A stretch of 64,000 nucleotides of DNA from NCBI GenBank assembly GCA_046074265.1, contig JBJTNW010000012.1, positions 21,594-85,593 on the forward strand, written 5' to 3'. The stretch's first letter is position 1. Each line of letters starts with the position of its first letter. Positions 19,652 through 28,530 of this stretch are shown in pieces. The position numbers were made by a program, and so were the translations under genes. A model generated the notes under the pieces. The model saw nothing but the letters and a program-made list of their open reading frames with translations, had not been told where the DNA came from and made no database searches. Source of the stretch: Chakrabartia sp. (GTDB taxonomy: Bacteria > Pseudomonadota > Alphaproteobacteria > Sphingomonadales > Sphingomonadaceae).

Positions 19652-20856
19652 TCCCCCTTATCCAAATGCCCGATCAGCATCGGGATATGCTGGCGAAAGG
19701 CGAAAAAGCCTTTTGTCGCCAAAGGCCATGCCCGGCTGTCCCATGGCCGTTGCAGCAGGTGCAGGCGGACGCCGGCCGCGGCGCATATCTGGCGCAGCGC
19801 GGCAAGGCGCGCCGCCACCGGACCTGTTGGCGCATAAGCCGTCACGATATGGCGCACCCGCAATTGCGCGGCAGCTGCCAATAAATCGCTGTTGACCACG
19901 CTCAGAATCGGCGCGCCAAAATGGGCTGCGGCGCGCGCGCACCCCTCTGCCAATGCTGCGGCGCGAAAATCATAGACCTTTTTGCTGATCCCTTCTTCAA
20001 GCACAGGCAGCGCCGCGATGGCCGCCACCTGCCCCCGGGCAAGGTCCAGACTTTCGGCATGCAAATCGTCTTGCGTCATCAGCAAAAGGGCAGGGGCATT
20101 GGGGGCAGAATCAATCTCGGGCAAAGCCTGCACCGGCGGGTGCGGCGTAAAGTCGGGTGCCGGGCCATGGGTTATGGACCCCGGTTGGAAGCGGCCCTTG
20201 GTAAAGGTTGCGATATTATCAGGCGTGGCCAGATAGGTTTTGCCCGGGGTATGCAGCCCTGCCACCCAGCGCCATGACAAGGTGTTGGACGCCGGGTCGC
20301 CATCCAGCAAATGGCGCAAGAAAAAGGCCGCGCCCAATTGCCATGGCAAGCGCAGGGTGAAGATCCAAAGGCTCGCAAACCACATCCGCGCGTGATTATG
20401 GAGATAGCCTGTCTCCACCAACTCGCGCGCCCAGTGATCAAAGCAGTTGATCCCCGTTCTGCCCTGTTCGGCCGCGGCGAGATCAAGCCCCGAGGTTGCC
20501 AGACCGGCGCACGCCGCTTGCCAGTCGGTCCACAAGGTCGGGCGCTGCTCTAGCCAGCCTTTCCAATAGGTACGCCAAAGCACTTCCTGCACAAATTTTT
20601 CCGCAGCGTCCGGGCCGTGCCGCGCCAGCACCGCGCCGACAACTTCTTCTTCCGTCAGCAGCCTGTGGCGCAGATAGGCTGACAGACCAGAGACATTTTG
20701 GTGCGCGTCCGGCCCCAAATCATAATTGCGCGTCTCAGCATAATCCTGGCCGGCACGGGGCAGAAATTCTGCCAGGCGGGCCAGCCCCGCTGCGCGACTG
20801 GGCAGCGGAAAGGCTTGGCTGGGGGCGGCGGAGGCGGGAATAGGTTCAAGCGGCAT
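19639..20856 (-). CDS. DNA photolyase, FAD-binding domain N-terminal (inverted-domain, NewPHL-like)
   Basis: ELVETGYLHNHARMWFAS...LLDGDPASNTLSWRWVAG FAD-binding motifs in the N-terminal half, extra ~150-aa alpha/beta-like C-terminal region; stop codon overlaps the tRNA-Ala 3' end. Confidence 0.8.
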   Translation of the reverse strand: MPLEPIPASAAPSQAFPLPSRAAGLARLAEFLPRAGQDYAETRNYDLGPDAHQNVSGLSAYLRHRLLTEEEVVGAVLARHGPDAAEKFVQEVLWRTYWKGWLEQRPTLWTDWQAACAGLATSGLDLAAAEQGRTGINCFDHWARELVETGYLHNHARMWFASLWIFTLRLPWQLGAAFFLRHLLDGDPASNTLSWRWVAGLHTPGKTYLATPDNIATFTKGRFQPGSITHGPAPDFTPHPPVQALPEIDSAPNAPALLLMTQDDLHAESLDLARGQVAAIAALPVLEEGISKKVYDFRAAALAEGCARAAAHFGAPILSVVNSDLLAAAAQLRVRHIVTAYAPTGPVAARLAALRQICAAAGVRLHLLQRPWDSRAWPLATKGFFAFRQHIPMLIGHLDKGDGGA

Positions 20857-21011
20857 AAGCCTTGTTCATGCTGCATTCGGACTTTGGCTCCTAGGCGGCA
20901 TTCGGTATAGCTTTGCGCGGCTCGCTTGCCGGCTCGTTGCAAGGCATTGCTTTACAGGCGGGGCTCCATGGTGAAGAAGGCGCGCTTCCATTTGTCGAAA
21001 GGACCCGTTTC

Positions 21012-21917
21012 TTGGCCATTTCCGCTGTCATAATTGCGACGGCCCTGACGGGTGCGGCGGTTGATCCGGCGGCGGTTGATCCCGCCCAGCCTGCCCAACA
21101 GACAGCGCCTCTCGAAAATGCTCAGCCCCCATCCGGGCAGCCGCCCGCAGTGGTGCCCACACAGGCGGTGCTGCCCAGCGCGCCGCCCTCTATTGCCAGC
21201 ACGGCTGATGCACCGGACGATATTGTCGTGACTGCCAAGCGCCGTGCCATCGCGGCGGACCCGCTTGAAAATATAAACGAAACCAGTTTTGAGGTCGTCC
21301 AGTCGGTGGACAAGGCGATCGTTGGTCCGGTCGCGATTGCTTATCGCGACAAGGTGCCGGGGCCGATCCGCAAGGGCATCCGCAACTTCCTCTCGAACAT
21401 CGGCGAGCCGATCATGTTCGTGAACTTCATGCTCCAGTTGAAGCCGGGCAAGGCCGCCGAAACAGCCGGGCGCTTTGCGATCAACTCAACCATCGGCGTT
21501 GCCGGGGTGATGGATGTGGCGAAGAAAAAGCCGTTCCATTTGCCGCACCGGATCAATGGCTTTGCCTATACAATGGGCTATTACGGCATCAAATCTGGTC
21601 CCTATCTCTATCTGCCGCTGATTGGACCAACCACCGTGCGCGATGTGACCGGCCGGATCATGGATTTGATGCTGCTGCCGCTTGCGGTCGGCAAGCCGCT
21701 CAACAATCCTTATTACGCCTTGCCGGCCGGCGTGCTCAGTTCGCTGGATGATCGGGCTGAATTTGATGCAGAGCTTACCCGGCTGCGGACCCAGTCGGGC
21801 GATCCCTATGCGGCCCTGCGCGCTTATTATCTGAACAAGCGCCAAGCCGAAATTGATGCGCTGCGCGGAAAGCCAAGTCCGCCGCCAATTCCCGAGCCGC
21901 CCAAGCTGACGCATTAA
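21012..21917 (+). CDS. mlaA: MlaA/VacJ family outer-membrane lipid transport protein (no lipobox Cys)
   Basis: DPLE..NE..F, IRNFLSNIGEP, RFAINSTIGVAG..DVA, GPYLYLPLIGPTTVRD, DPYAALR..Y; TTG start 8 nt after AAAGGA. Confidence 0.85.
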   Translation: MAISAVIIATALTGAAVDPAAVDPAQPAQQTAPLENAQPPSGQPPAVVPTQAVLPSAPPSIASTADAPDDIVVTAKRRAIAADPLENINETSFEVVQSVDKAIVGPVAIAYRDKVPGPIRKGIRNFLSNIGEPIMFVNFMLQLKPGKAAETAGRFAINSTIGVAGVMDVAKKKPFHLPHRINGFAYTMGYYGIKSGPYLYLPLIGPTTVRDVTGRIMDLMLLPLAVGKPLNNPYYALPAGVLSSLDDRAEFDAELTRLRTQSGDPYAALRAYYLNKRQAEIDALRGKPSPPPIPEPPKLTH

Positions 21918-21985
21918 GGCCGGCCCGGCGCAAGGCTCCCAATTCGGGCGTTGCGCTGGGGCGGGCTTTGCGGCATGGCGCGGCC

Positions 21986-22264
21986 ATGACTGATACGCCT
22001 CCTGATCGCCTCTCCATTGACCCCGCCAGCCCCTATTTTGACGTAGAGGTTCTGCGCCGGGGTGTTGGCATTCGTTTTCGCGGTGTCGAGCGCCGCGATG
22101 TCGAGGAATATTGCATGTCGGAAGGCTGGGTGCGCGTGCAGGCGGGCAAGACCATGGATCGCAAGGGCAAGCCGCTTTTGCTCAAGCTCTCTGGCCCGGT
22201 TGAAGCGTGGTTTGAGCAGGCCGGGGATGCGCAGGCAGGTGAGGAGCCTGCCGCCGAGGCGTGA
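21986..22264 (+). CDS. DUF3297 family protein
   Basis: PPDRLS.DP.SPYF...GVGIRF.G.ER.DVEEYC.SEGWVRV pattern recognised from memory. Confidence 0.75.
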   Translation: MTDTPPDRLSIDPASPYFDVEVLRRGVGIRFRGVERRDVEEYCMSEGWVRVQAGKTMDRKGKPLLLKLSGPVEAWFEQAGDAQAGEEPAAEA

Positions 22265-22920
22265 GCCTGACGCTGCCCTTTGCGGGGCAGGATTTTAAGG
22301 TCGTTGGCGGCAAGGCCCTGTTCTGGCCGGCGCAGCGTGCGATTATCGTCGCCGATCTTCATCTGGAAAAAGCCAGCTGGTTTGCCGCGCGCGGCCAGAT
22401 GCTCCCCCCGCATGACAGCCTTGCCACGCTGGAGGCGCTGGGCAGGCTGATTGGCGAAACAGGCGCTCGGCGGCTCTGGTGCCTTGGCGATAACTTCCAT
22501 GATTCGCAGGGCCCCGCCCGGCTGACGCAGCCGGCCCGGGCGCTCCTTGGCCAATTGGCCAAGGCGCTGGACTGGGTCTGGATTACCGGCAATCATGATG
22601 CTGCCTTGGCGGCAGGCCTGACCGGCACCGTGCAGGCAGAGGCCGAAGTTGCGGGCCTGTTGCTCCGGCATGAGGCGGACCCCAAAGAGCTTCGGCCTGA
22701 AGTGTCAGGCCATTTTCATCCCAAACATGGCAGCATCGCGCGCGGCCGACGCGTCACGCGGCCCTGTTTTGTCGAAGGGCCAAGCAAGCTTATTCTGCCC
22801 TCTTTCGGGGCTTTGACGGGCGGTCTGGCGGCGACCGATGCGGTGATCCGGGCTGCACTGGGTGACATCCGGGCCATCCATGTGCCGACGCGGGACCGGC
22901 TGGTGCGCTTCGCGGTCTGA
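22261..22920 (+). CDS. pdeM: Ligase-associated DNA damage response metallophosphoesterase/endonuclease PdeM
   Basis: VADLHLEKAS, GQMLPPHD, CLGDNFHD, ITGNHD, LRHE, SGHFHPK, LPSFG.LTGG; GTGA overlap with the upstream gene. Confidence 0.85.
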   Translation: MSLTLPFAGQDFKVVGGKALFWPAQRAIIVADLHLEKASWFAARGQMLPPHDSLATLEALGRLIGETGARRLWCLGDNFHDSQGPARLTQPARALLGQLAKALDWVWITGNHDAALAAGLTGTVQAEAEVAGLLLRHEADPKELRPEVSGHFHPKHGSIARGRRVTRPCFVEGPSKLILPSFGALTGGLAATDAVIRAALGDIRAIHVPTRDRLVRFAV

Positions 22921-22923
22921 ACC

Positions 22924-24114
22924 TTAGCGCCAGCGCAGATTGGCGCGGCTCAAATCCTTTACGGATTTTGCGCCCATCAGCCGCATATCGCGGGCAATTT
23001 CATCTTGCAGTTTGCCGATGATCCGCTCCACCCCGGCTTGGCCGGCAGCGGCCAGTGCGTAAAGATAAAGCCGCCCGCCCGAACAGGCCTTGGCACCCAC
23101 CGAAAGCGCCTTCAGCACATGGCTGCCGCGGGTGATGCCGCCATCGCAGATGACATCAATCTTATCGCCAACGGCATCGACGATTTCGGCCAGCTGGTCG
23201 AACGGGGACCGGCTGCCATCAAGCTGCCGTCCACCATGGTTGGAGACCATGATCGCAGTCGCGCCGATATCCACCGCGCGCTTGGCATCTTCAACCGACA
23301 TGATGCCCTTCAGACAGAATTCTCCGCCCCAATCCGCGCGCACCTTTTCGGCGGTGGACCAATCCATCGAGGTGTCGAGCATCGTGCTGAAATAATCCTG
23401 GATGGAAATCGCCTGTTGCGACCCTTCCTGCACATGGTCCTTCAGGTTCGACAGCTCAAATTTCTCGCGCAGCAGATAGTTGAGCGTCCAGCGCGGGTGA
23501 AAGGCAAAATCAAAGGCCGAAGAGACGGTCAATTTGGGCGGCGAGGTAAAGCCCGTCTGCATGCAGCGTTCCCGATTGCCGCCGACAATGGTGTCGACCG
23601 TTAGGGCAATTGCGTCAAATTTGGCGGCCTTGCAGGCGTCAACCATCGCGGTGTTCAGCCCCTTGTCCTTATGGATGTAGAGCTGGAACATCTTCGGTGT
23701 GGAAATGGTGCGGCCAATCTCCCCAATAGAGACGGTCGCAAGGCTGGAGATGCCAAAATAGGTGCCAAATTTTTCCGCCGCCCGCGCGACCGCGCGTTCG
23801 CCTTGCCAGTGGAACACCCGCTGGAGTGCGGTGGGGGAAAGGAAGAGCGGCATCGCAATCTCGCGGCCCATCACCGTCGTGCGCATGTCGATATCGGCCA
23901 CCCCGGCCAGCACATTGGGCACCAGATCGCAGCGTTCAAAGCTTTCGGTATTGCGCCGTCGCGTCACTTCGTCATCGGCGGCGCCATCGATATAGTGAAA
24001 GACGGGCCCAGGCAGCCGGCGGCGCGCCAATTCTCGAAAATCCGCGACATTATTGCAGTCATTCAGACCAAGCTGCCATTTGCGGGCGGCCAATCGAGAG
24101 GCTTCGTTGGTCAT
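22924..24114 (-). CDS. lldD: FMN-dependent alpha-hydroxy acid dehydrogenase (L-lactate dehydrogenase-like)
   Basis: FHYIDGAADDE, LTVDT..GNRER, LKGIMS, SNHGGRQLD, DGGITRG. Confidence 0.85.
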   Translation of the reverse strand: MTNEASRLAARKWQLGLNDCNNVADFRELARRRLPGPVFHYIDGAADDEVTRRRNTESFERCDLVPNVLAGVADIDMRTTVMGREIAMPLFLSPTALQRVFHWQGERAVARAAEKFGTYFGISSLATVSIGEIGRTISTPKMFQLYIHKDKGLNTAMVDACKAAKFDAIALTVDTIVGGNRERCMQTGFTSPPKLTVSSAFDFAFHPRWTLNYLLREKFELSNLKDHVQEGSQQAISIQDYFSTMLDTSMDWSTAEKVRADWGGEFCLKGIMSVEDAKRAVDIGATAIMVSNHGGRQLDGSRSPFDQLAEIVDAVGDKIDVICDGGITRGSHVLKALSVGAKACSGGRLYLYALAAAGQAGVERIIGKLQDEIARDMRLMGAKSVKDLSRANLRWR

Positions 24115-24186
24115 GTCAAATCCTTTGCTCGGCCGCACAGGTGCGCGGAATGCTCCCCGCCTCCCTTGCGTCTTGCGTGCGCGGCG

Positions 24187-25377
24187 TCAATCGCTGTCGG
24201 GAAGCGCTGCTTGGTCCGCTGCGCCAATAAAGGTCGCAATTGCATGGGCACAGCGCGCAGAAGCGGTGCCGGGGCCGGTTGCAACAGTTGCCTCGGCTGC
24301 GGCCCGCTGCGCGGCGAGATAGGGCGTGGCATCTGCGGTCAGTGCGTCCAGCGTGGCGGGCAGTGCAGCCACATTGTCCAGCACCGGGCCAAGCGCCCAA
24401 TGACCGTAATTGGCGTCATGCTGCCAATCGACGGGGTGCGATTTGAGAAAAATCGCCGGGCGCGGCCGCATGATCCATTCATAAATCTGGCTGCTGACAT
24501 CGCCCAGATAGATGTCGCCGGCCAGAGTATAGGTCATATCGACCGAGCGGGTGCTGCCCGGATCAATCATCATATGATCAAGATGGCGATACCGATCGGG
24601 AACCGACCCCCGCCATTTCAACTCGCGATGTTCAAGCGAGCCATGGATCAGCTTGCGGAACAGCATGACATGCGGCGCAAACACCAAGTTATAGCGATCC
24701 TGCTCGGCAAAGAAGCGCAGCACATCTGGCCCAAAGCGATACCAAGAGGAAAGCTTGGGGTCGAAATGCGGGTTGTAGACCACTGTTGGCCGGTCATTGT
24801 TGAACAATTTGGGCTTGCGCGTCAGATCAAGCGTGTCGAACTTTGGATAGCCGCACACTTTGATGCGCGAGGCGAGCATCGGGTGGCGGTCCAGCATGCG
24901 GCCGCGGGTTTTTTCGCCGGCAACAAGGATCAGGTCAAACAGGCGCAGCTCATCTGAAAAGCCAACCGAGCGATCGCCGCTGCCATGTGGAATGCAGATC
25001 AACGCCGGGCGCGTCAGCTGCCAGCGCGAGCGCAACAAGGTAGAGGTGAATTCTGGCACGACCAGCGCATCAAAACCCTTCAGATAGGCCAGATGCCGCG
25101 ACAGGATGGCAACACGCCGGGCCGGGACAATGCGGCTCAGCGCGGAGGTGATGCCCTCCATCCAGGGGGAAAGCCCAAGCTCAACCACCCGCAGGCCAAG
25201 CCGGGCTGCGTCGTCGCCCAGCAGAGCGGAAACGGCGTTGCGTTGTGCGGCGGTCGACACCGCAATCTCAATATCGAGCGCGGGATGCGCCTGAGCCAGT
25301 GCCCGAGCGACGGGCAGGCTATGGGCAATCTGGTGAACATCTTCGTGGTTGAAGAGAAAGCAGACCGGCTTGGTCAT
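24187..25377 (-). CDS. TagF/CDP-glycerol glycerophosphotransferase-like GT-B protein
   Basis: IPHG, GYPKFD, VVYNPHF, FAPH and GDVSSQIYEW parallel the TagF motifs WHG, GYPRND, LYAPTF, HP and TDYSS..FDF. Confidence 0.55.
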   Translation of the reverse strand: MTKPVCFLFNHEDVHQIAHSLPVARALAQAHPALDIEIAVSTAAQRNAVSALLGDDAARLGLRVVELGLSPWMEGITSALSRIVPARRVAILSRHLAYLKGFDALVVPEFTSTLLRSRWQLTRPALICIPHGSGDRSVGFSDELRLFDLILVAGEKTRGRMLDRHPMLASRIKVCGYPKFDTLDLTRKPKLFNNDRPTVVYNPHFDPKLSSWYRFGPDVLRFFAEQDRYNLVFAPHVMLFRKLIHGSLEHRELKWRGSVPDRYRHLDHMMIDPGSTRSVDMTYTLAGDIYLGDVSSQIYEWIMRPRPAIFLKSHPVDWQHDANYGHWALGPVLDNVAALPATLDALTADATPYLAAQRAAAEATVATGPGTASARCAHAIATFIGAADQAALPDSD

Positions 25378-26042
25378 GCAAAATCCAAAATGGCCCAGCC
25401 GCGCTCACCAGCAAGTTTGCGCAACCTTCGGCTGGGGTTCACGGCAAAGCAGCGTTTCGCCCAATCAAACATCGGCGCATCTGACGAGCTGTCAGAATAA
25501 AAGCTGATCTGCCGGGCCGCGTGCAGCCGGGGATCAGCATGGCAGGCCGCTTCAACCATGAGGCGCTTGGTCGCACCATAGCAATTATCGCCCTCTATCC
25601 GGTGGGTATAATGCCCTTGCGGCGCGCGGTGCTGACGGGTGGCGACAACCACATCAAAGCCCAGCATCCGGCCCAGCGCCTCGGCATAATAATCGGGCGC
25701 GGCGGTCGCCAGCATCAGCAGGGCGCCGCGCTTGCGTTCGGCTTCCAGATGGCGGCGGGCCGCAGGCAGGATATTGCGGGCCAGCATGAAGGCGGCAAAG
25801 CGCTGGCCCAGAAGCGCCATATCGTCGGACTTTACGCGACGCCCGATCATCAAAAGAAAGCCAAATTCCTTCAGGCTTTTTCGGCTTACGGCCCCGAGGG
25901 CATGGGCGATCATGGCGACAACCCAGAGCGGCAGCAGCACCAGCCGCCACGGCGCGCGATGAAGGGCTGCAAAAATGAGGAAGGGCGTGTAAGTAGCGAC
26001 CTTCGTCAAGGTGCGGTCCAGATCGAAGATCGAAACGTCCAT
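25374..26042 (-). CDS. HAD-IB family phosphatase
   Basis: FDLDRTL motif I, LATAAP motif II, NCYGATK motif III, YSDSSSDAPM motif IV. Confidence 0.85.
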   Translation of the reverse strand: MDVSIFDLDRTLTKVATYTPFLIFAALHRAPWRLVLLPLWVVAMIAHALGAVSRKSLKEFGFLLMIGRRVKSDDMALLGQRFAAFMLARNILPAARRHLEAERKRGALLMLATAAPDYYAEALGRMLGFDVVVATRQHRAPQGHYTHRIEGDNCYGATKRLMVEAACHADPRLHAARQISFYSDSSSDAPMFDWAKRCFAVNPSRRLRKLAGERGWAILDFA

Positions 26043-26075
26043 AGGCTTGGCCTATGCTCCATTTGAGGCAAAAAG

Positions 26076-26870
26076 GTGACAAAAAGCGTAAGCGGATGGA
26101 CGGCCATCATCCTCGCCGGGCAGCGACCGGGCACGGACCCGCTTGCCGCACATTTTGGCGAGGCGTGGAAGGCGCTGGTGCCGATTGCCGGTGTACCCAT
26201 GGTGACGCGGGTTGTTGAAACCCTGTCGCACGTGCCGGGCATCGCGCGCATCCTTGTTCTGGCGCAAGAGCCGGGCGTGCTGGCCGCGGCGGTCCATGCG
26301 GGCGGCGGGGCAGATATTGTGACCAGCGGCAGCGGCATTTCCACCAGCATTTTGGCTCATGCCGGTGGCGAGGCGGCACCCTGGCCGGTGTTTGTGACCA
26401 CCGCAGATCACCCGCTGCTAACGGCAGCGATGGTAGAACAGTTTTTGCAGGACGCGTCCAGCGGTGCGGCGGACATTGCCGTTGGCATGGTTGAGCGGAG
26501 GGTCATGCAGCGCGCCTATCCCGATAATCGTCGCACCTGGCTTCGCTTTGCCGATGGGGATTGGTCGGGTGCCAATCTATTTGCGTTGCGCACCCCCAAG
26601 GCCCGGGCGGCGCTGACCTTATGGTCGGAAGCGGAGCAGGACCGGAAAAAGGCGTGGAAGCTGTTTCTCCATTTTGGTCCGCTGCTGGCCCTGCGGGCTT
26701 TGACGCGCACCATTGGTTTGGCAGCGGCCCTGCGCAAGGCCGGGCGACGTCTGAAAATTGAGGCGCAACTGGTGCCTATGGCGGCGGCAGAAGCGGCGAT
26801 TGATGTCGATAAGCCCAGCGACCATGCGCTTGCCGAGGCGATATTGCGCGCTCGGTCACGCCAGCCTTAG
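26076..26870 (+). CDS. Nucleotidyltransferase (NTP transferase/cytidylyltransferase-like)
   Basis: AIILAGQR...KALVPIAG.PM, TTADHPLL, IDVDKPSD; GTG start. Confidence 0.8.
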   Translation: MTKSVSGWTAIILAGQRPGTDPLAAHFGEAWKALVPIAGVPMVTRVVETLSHVPGIARILVLAQEPGVLAAAVHAGGGADIVTSGSGISTSILAHAGGEAAPWPVFVTTADHPLLTAAMVEQFLQDASSGAADIAVGMVERRVMQRAYPDNRRTWLRFADGDWSGANLFALRTPKARAALTLWSEAEQDRKKAWKLFLHFGPLLALRALTRTIGLAAALRKAGRRLKIEAQLVPMAAAEAAIDVDKPSDHALAEAILRARSRQP

Positions 26871-28406
26871 TCGGCGGCCAACCGCACCCAGCGAGCCCCG
26901 GTCGACACGCGGCAGGGCAAAGCGGCAGCTGGCCCACAGGCTTGCCAGCAGCAAGAGGATCAGCAGCGGCAGGGCGATGGCCAAAGGCAACAGGTTGCTG
27001 GCCAGCCCAAGGACAAAGCCGATCAGCGAGACAAGCATGGCGCGCAGGGCCACCTGCGCAAAGGGCGCGGCAAAGGGGTGGATGCCATCTTGCCGGCGCA
27101 GTTGCCAGACCGGGACGGCCGAGGTGATGACAAGCCCGCAGGCAACCGCGATGGACATGCCCGTCAGCCCCGCATCTGGCATCAGCGCCGCGACCAGCGC
27201 AAAAGCAATCAATAGACCAAGGACGCTGCCCAGATATTGGCTCGAATAGCGCGAGACGACCTGCTGGATGGGGGCGGCGGCCCCGATGACGGCTTCGGCA
27301 AGCCGGGCAAGCAAAAGGAGGGCCAGCGCCATCGTCGCCGTTTCCATGTCCTGACCAATGGCCCGCAAGATCACCGGCCCGCCGGCAATCATCACCAGGC
27401 TGACGGGCAGGGCCACCGCCAGCGATACGCGCGTGGCAAAGCCGTAAATATCGGCCACCGCCTGCTTGCCGCCGGTAGAGGCCGCCGATGCAAGCGGCGA
27501 CAGCACATAGGCAAAGGCCAGCCGGATCGTCTGGACGATGGAAGAGACTTTGCGTGCCAGCGCAAATTGCGCCCCGGCAACGGCGCCCTCAGCTCCTGGG
27601 AGCATGGCGTTGAGCGCCAGCGTGGGGGCATCGCTGAACAGGCGCGCGACAAGATTGGCCGGCATGACGGAAATGCCGGCAAGCCATGTGTCGCGCCAGA
27701 TGTGTTGCGTACCCGGGCCACGCATCAGCAGCGATAGGTCAAAATTGCGGGCAAGCAGCCTGAGGCACAACCCGCAGATCACCAGCAGCGAGGCGAGATG
27801 GGCATAAAAAAGCGCGATGGTGCCGGGCGCACCCAATGAAAAGGCAAAGGCAATGGCCAGCCGAACCACCTGTTCCCAAAAAAGGCGCAGACGGATTTCC
27901 GCCCCAAAGACGCGGCGTGCCCGCAAGGCCGATGTGCCCACCTCTACAAAGGCCCAAAGGGGCAGGGCCCAGGCGAATAAGGCGATGAAATGCGCCAGCC
28001 GCGCCGCATCTTCCTGTGCGGCGTTGAAGATGTGCGCCAAGTGCGGCCCAAAAATTGTCGCCAGCAACGCCAGCACAAGGCACGGAGCAACGCCCAGCGT
28101 CATTGCAGCACGCAGCGCGGCCACCGCCTCCTGTTCGCTGCTGGCTTGGGGGACGGTGCGTTGCAGTGCCGATGTCATCCCCAGATTGGCGATATTCTGA
28201 ACCAGCGTAATCGCCGCCCAAAGGGCTGTGTAAATGCCATAGCCCGCTAGGCCGAACAGCCACACATAAGCCGGCTGGGCGACCACCTCGACCACCGCGC
28301 CAAGCCGGGCGAGCAGGGTTGTGCCGGCCCCTTTTGCCACATCATGGCTGGTAATTTCGCCCGCGCGAATTTGGGTTTCATCAGTCAAAGCGGGGCCTTG
28401 TTGCAC
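26856..28406 (-). CDS. MOP-superfamily (Wzx-like) polysaccharide/lipid flippase
   Basis: About 14 hydrophobic segments; LFGLAGYGIY...NLG and AQFALARK helix patterns. Start may be TTG 28388. Confidence 0.7.
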   Translation of the reverse strand: MQQGPALTDETQIRAGEITSHDVAKGAGTTLLARLGAVVEVVAQPAYVWLFGLAGYGIYTALWAAITLVQNIANLGMTSALQRTVPQASSEQEAVAALRAAMTLGVAPCLVLALLATIFGPHLAHIFNAAQEDAARLAHFIALFAWALPLWAFVEVGTSALRARRVFGAEIRLRLFWEQVVRLAIAFAFSLGAPGTIALFYAHLASLLVICGLCLRLLARNFDLSLLMRGPGTQHIWRDTWLAGISVMPANLVARLFSDAPTLALNAMLPGAEGAVAGAQFALARKVSSIVQTIRLAFAYVLSPLASAASTGGKQAVADIYGFATRVSLAVALPVSLVMIAGGPVILRAIGQDMETATMALALLLLARLAEAVIGAAAPIQQVVSRYSSQYLGSVLGLLIAFALVAALMPDAGLTGMSIAVACGLVITSAVPVWQLRRQDGIHPFAAPFAQVALRAMLVSLIGFVLGLASNLLPLAIALPLLILLLLASLWASCRFALPRVDRGSLGAVGRRLRLA

Positions 28407-28530
28407 AAAGCCTTGGCCGCTGTCATCCGCCGCTGCGGCCAGTGCACGTCTGCGCTGTTGACGAAAAGGCCGGTTATGCGATGCCCCTTTCGGCTATGTC
28501 CGCCGAAAGGCGGAGACAGCCGCGGTTGCG

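Noticed and set aside
20885-20897. GGCTCCTAGGC resembling pieces of the tRNA-Ala 3' end on the far side of the photolyase
   Set aside because: The segments are in swapped order and too short to be an att duplication.
28491-28522. Hairpin CGGCT..CCGCC-GAAA-GGCGG..AGCCG between hslU and the flippase, superficially like a c-di-GMP-I riboswitch P2
   Set aside because: Lacks the GGCAAA/GACGCAAA context and second stem; more likely a transcript-end stabilising hairpin. An Rfam scan would settle it.
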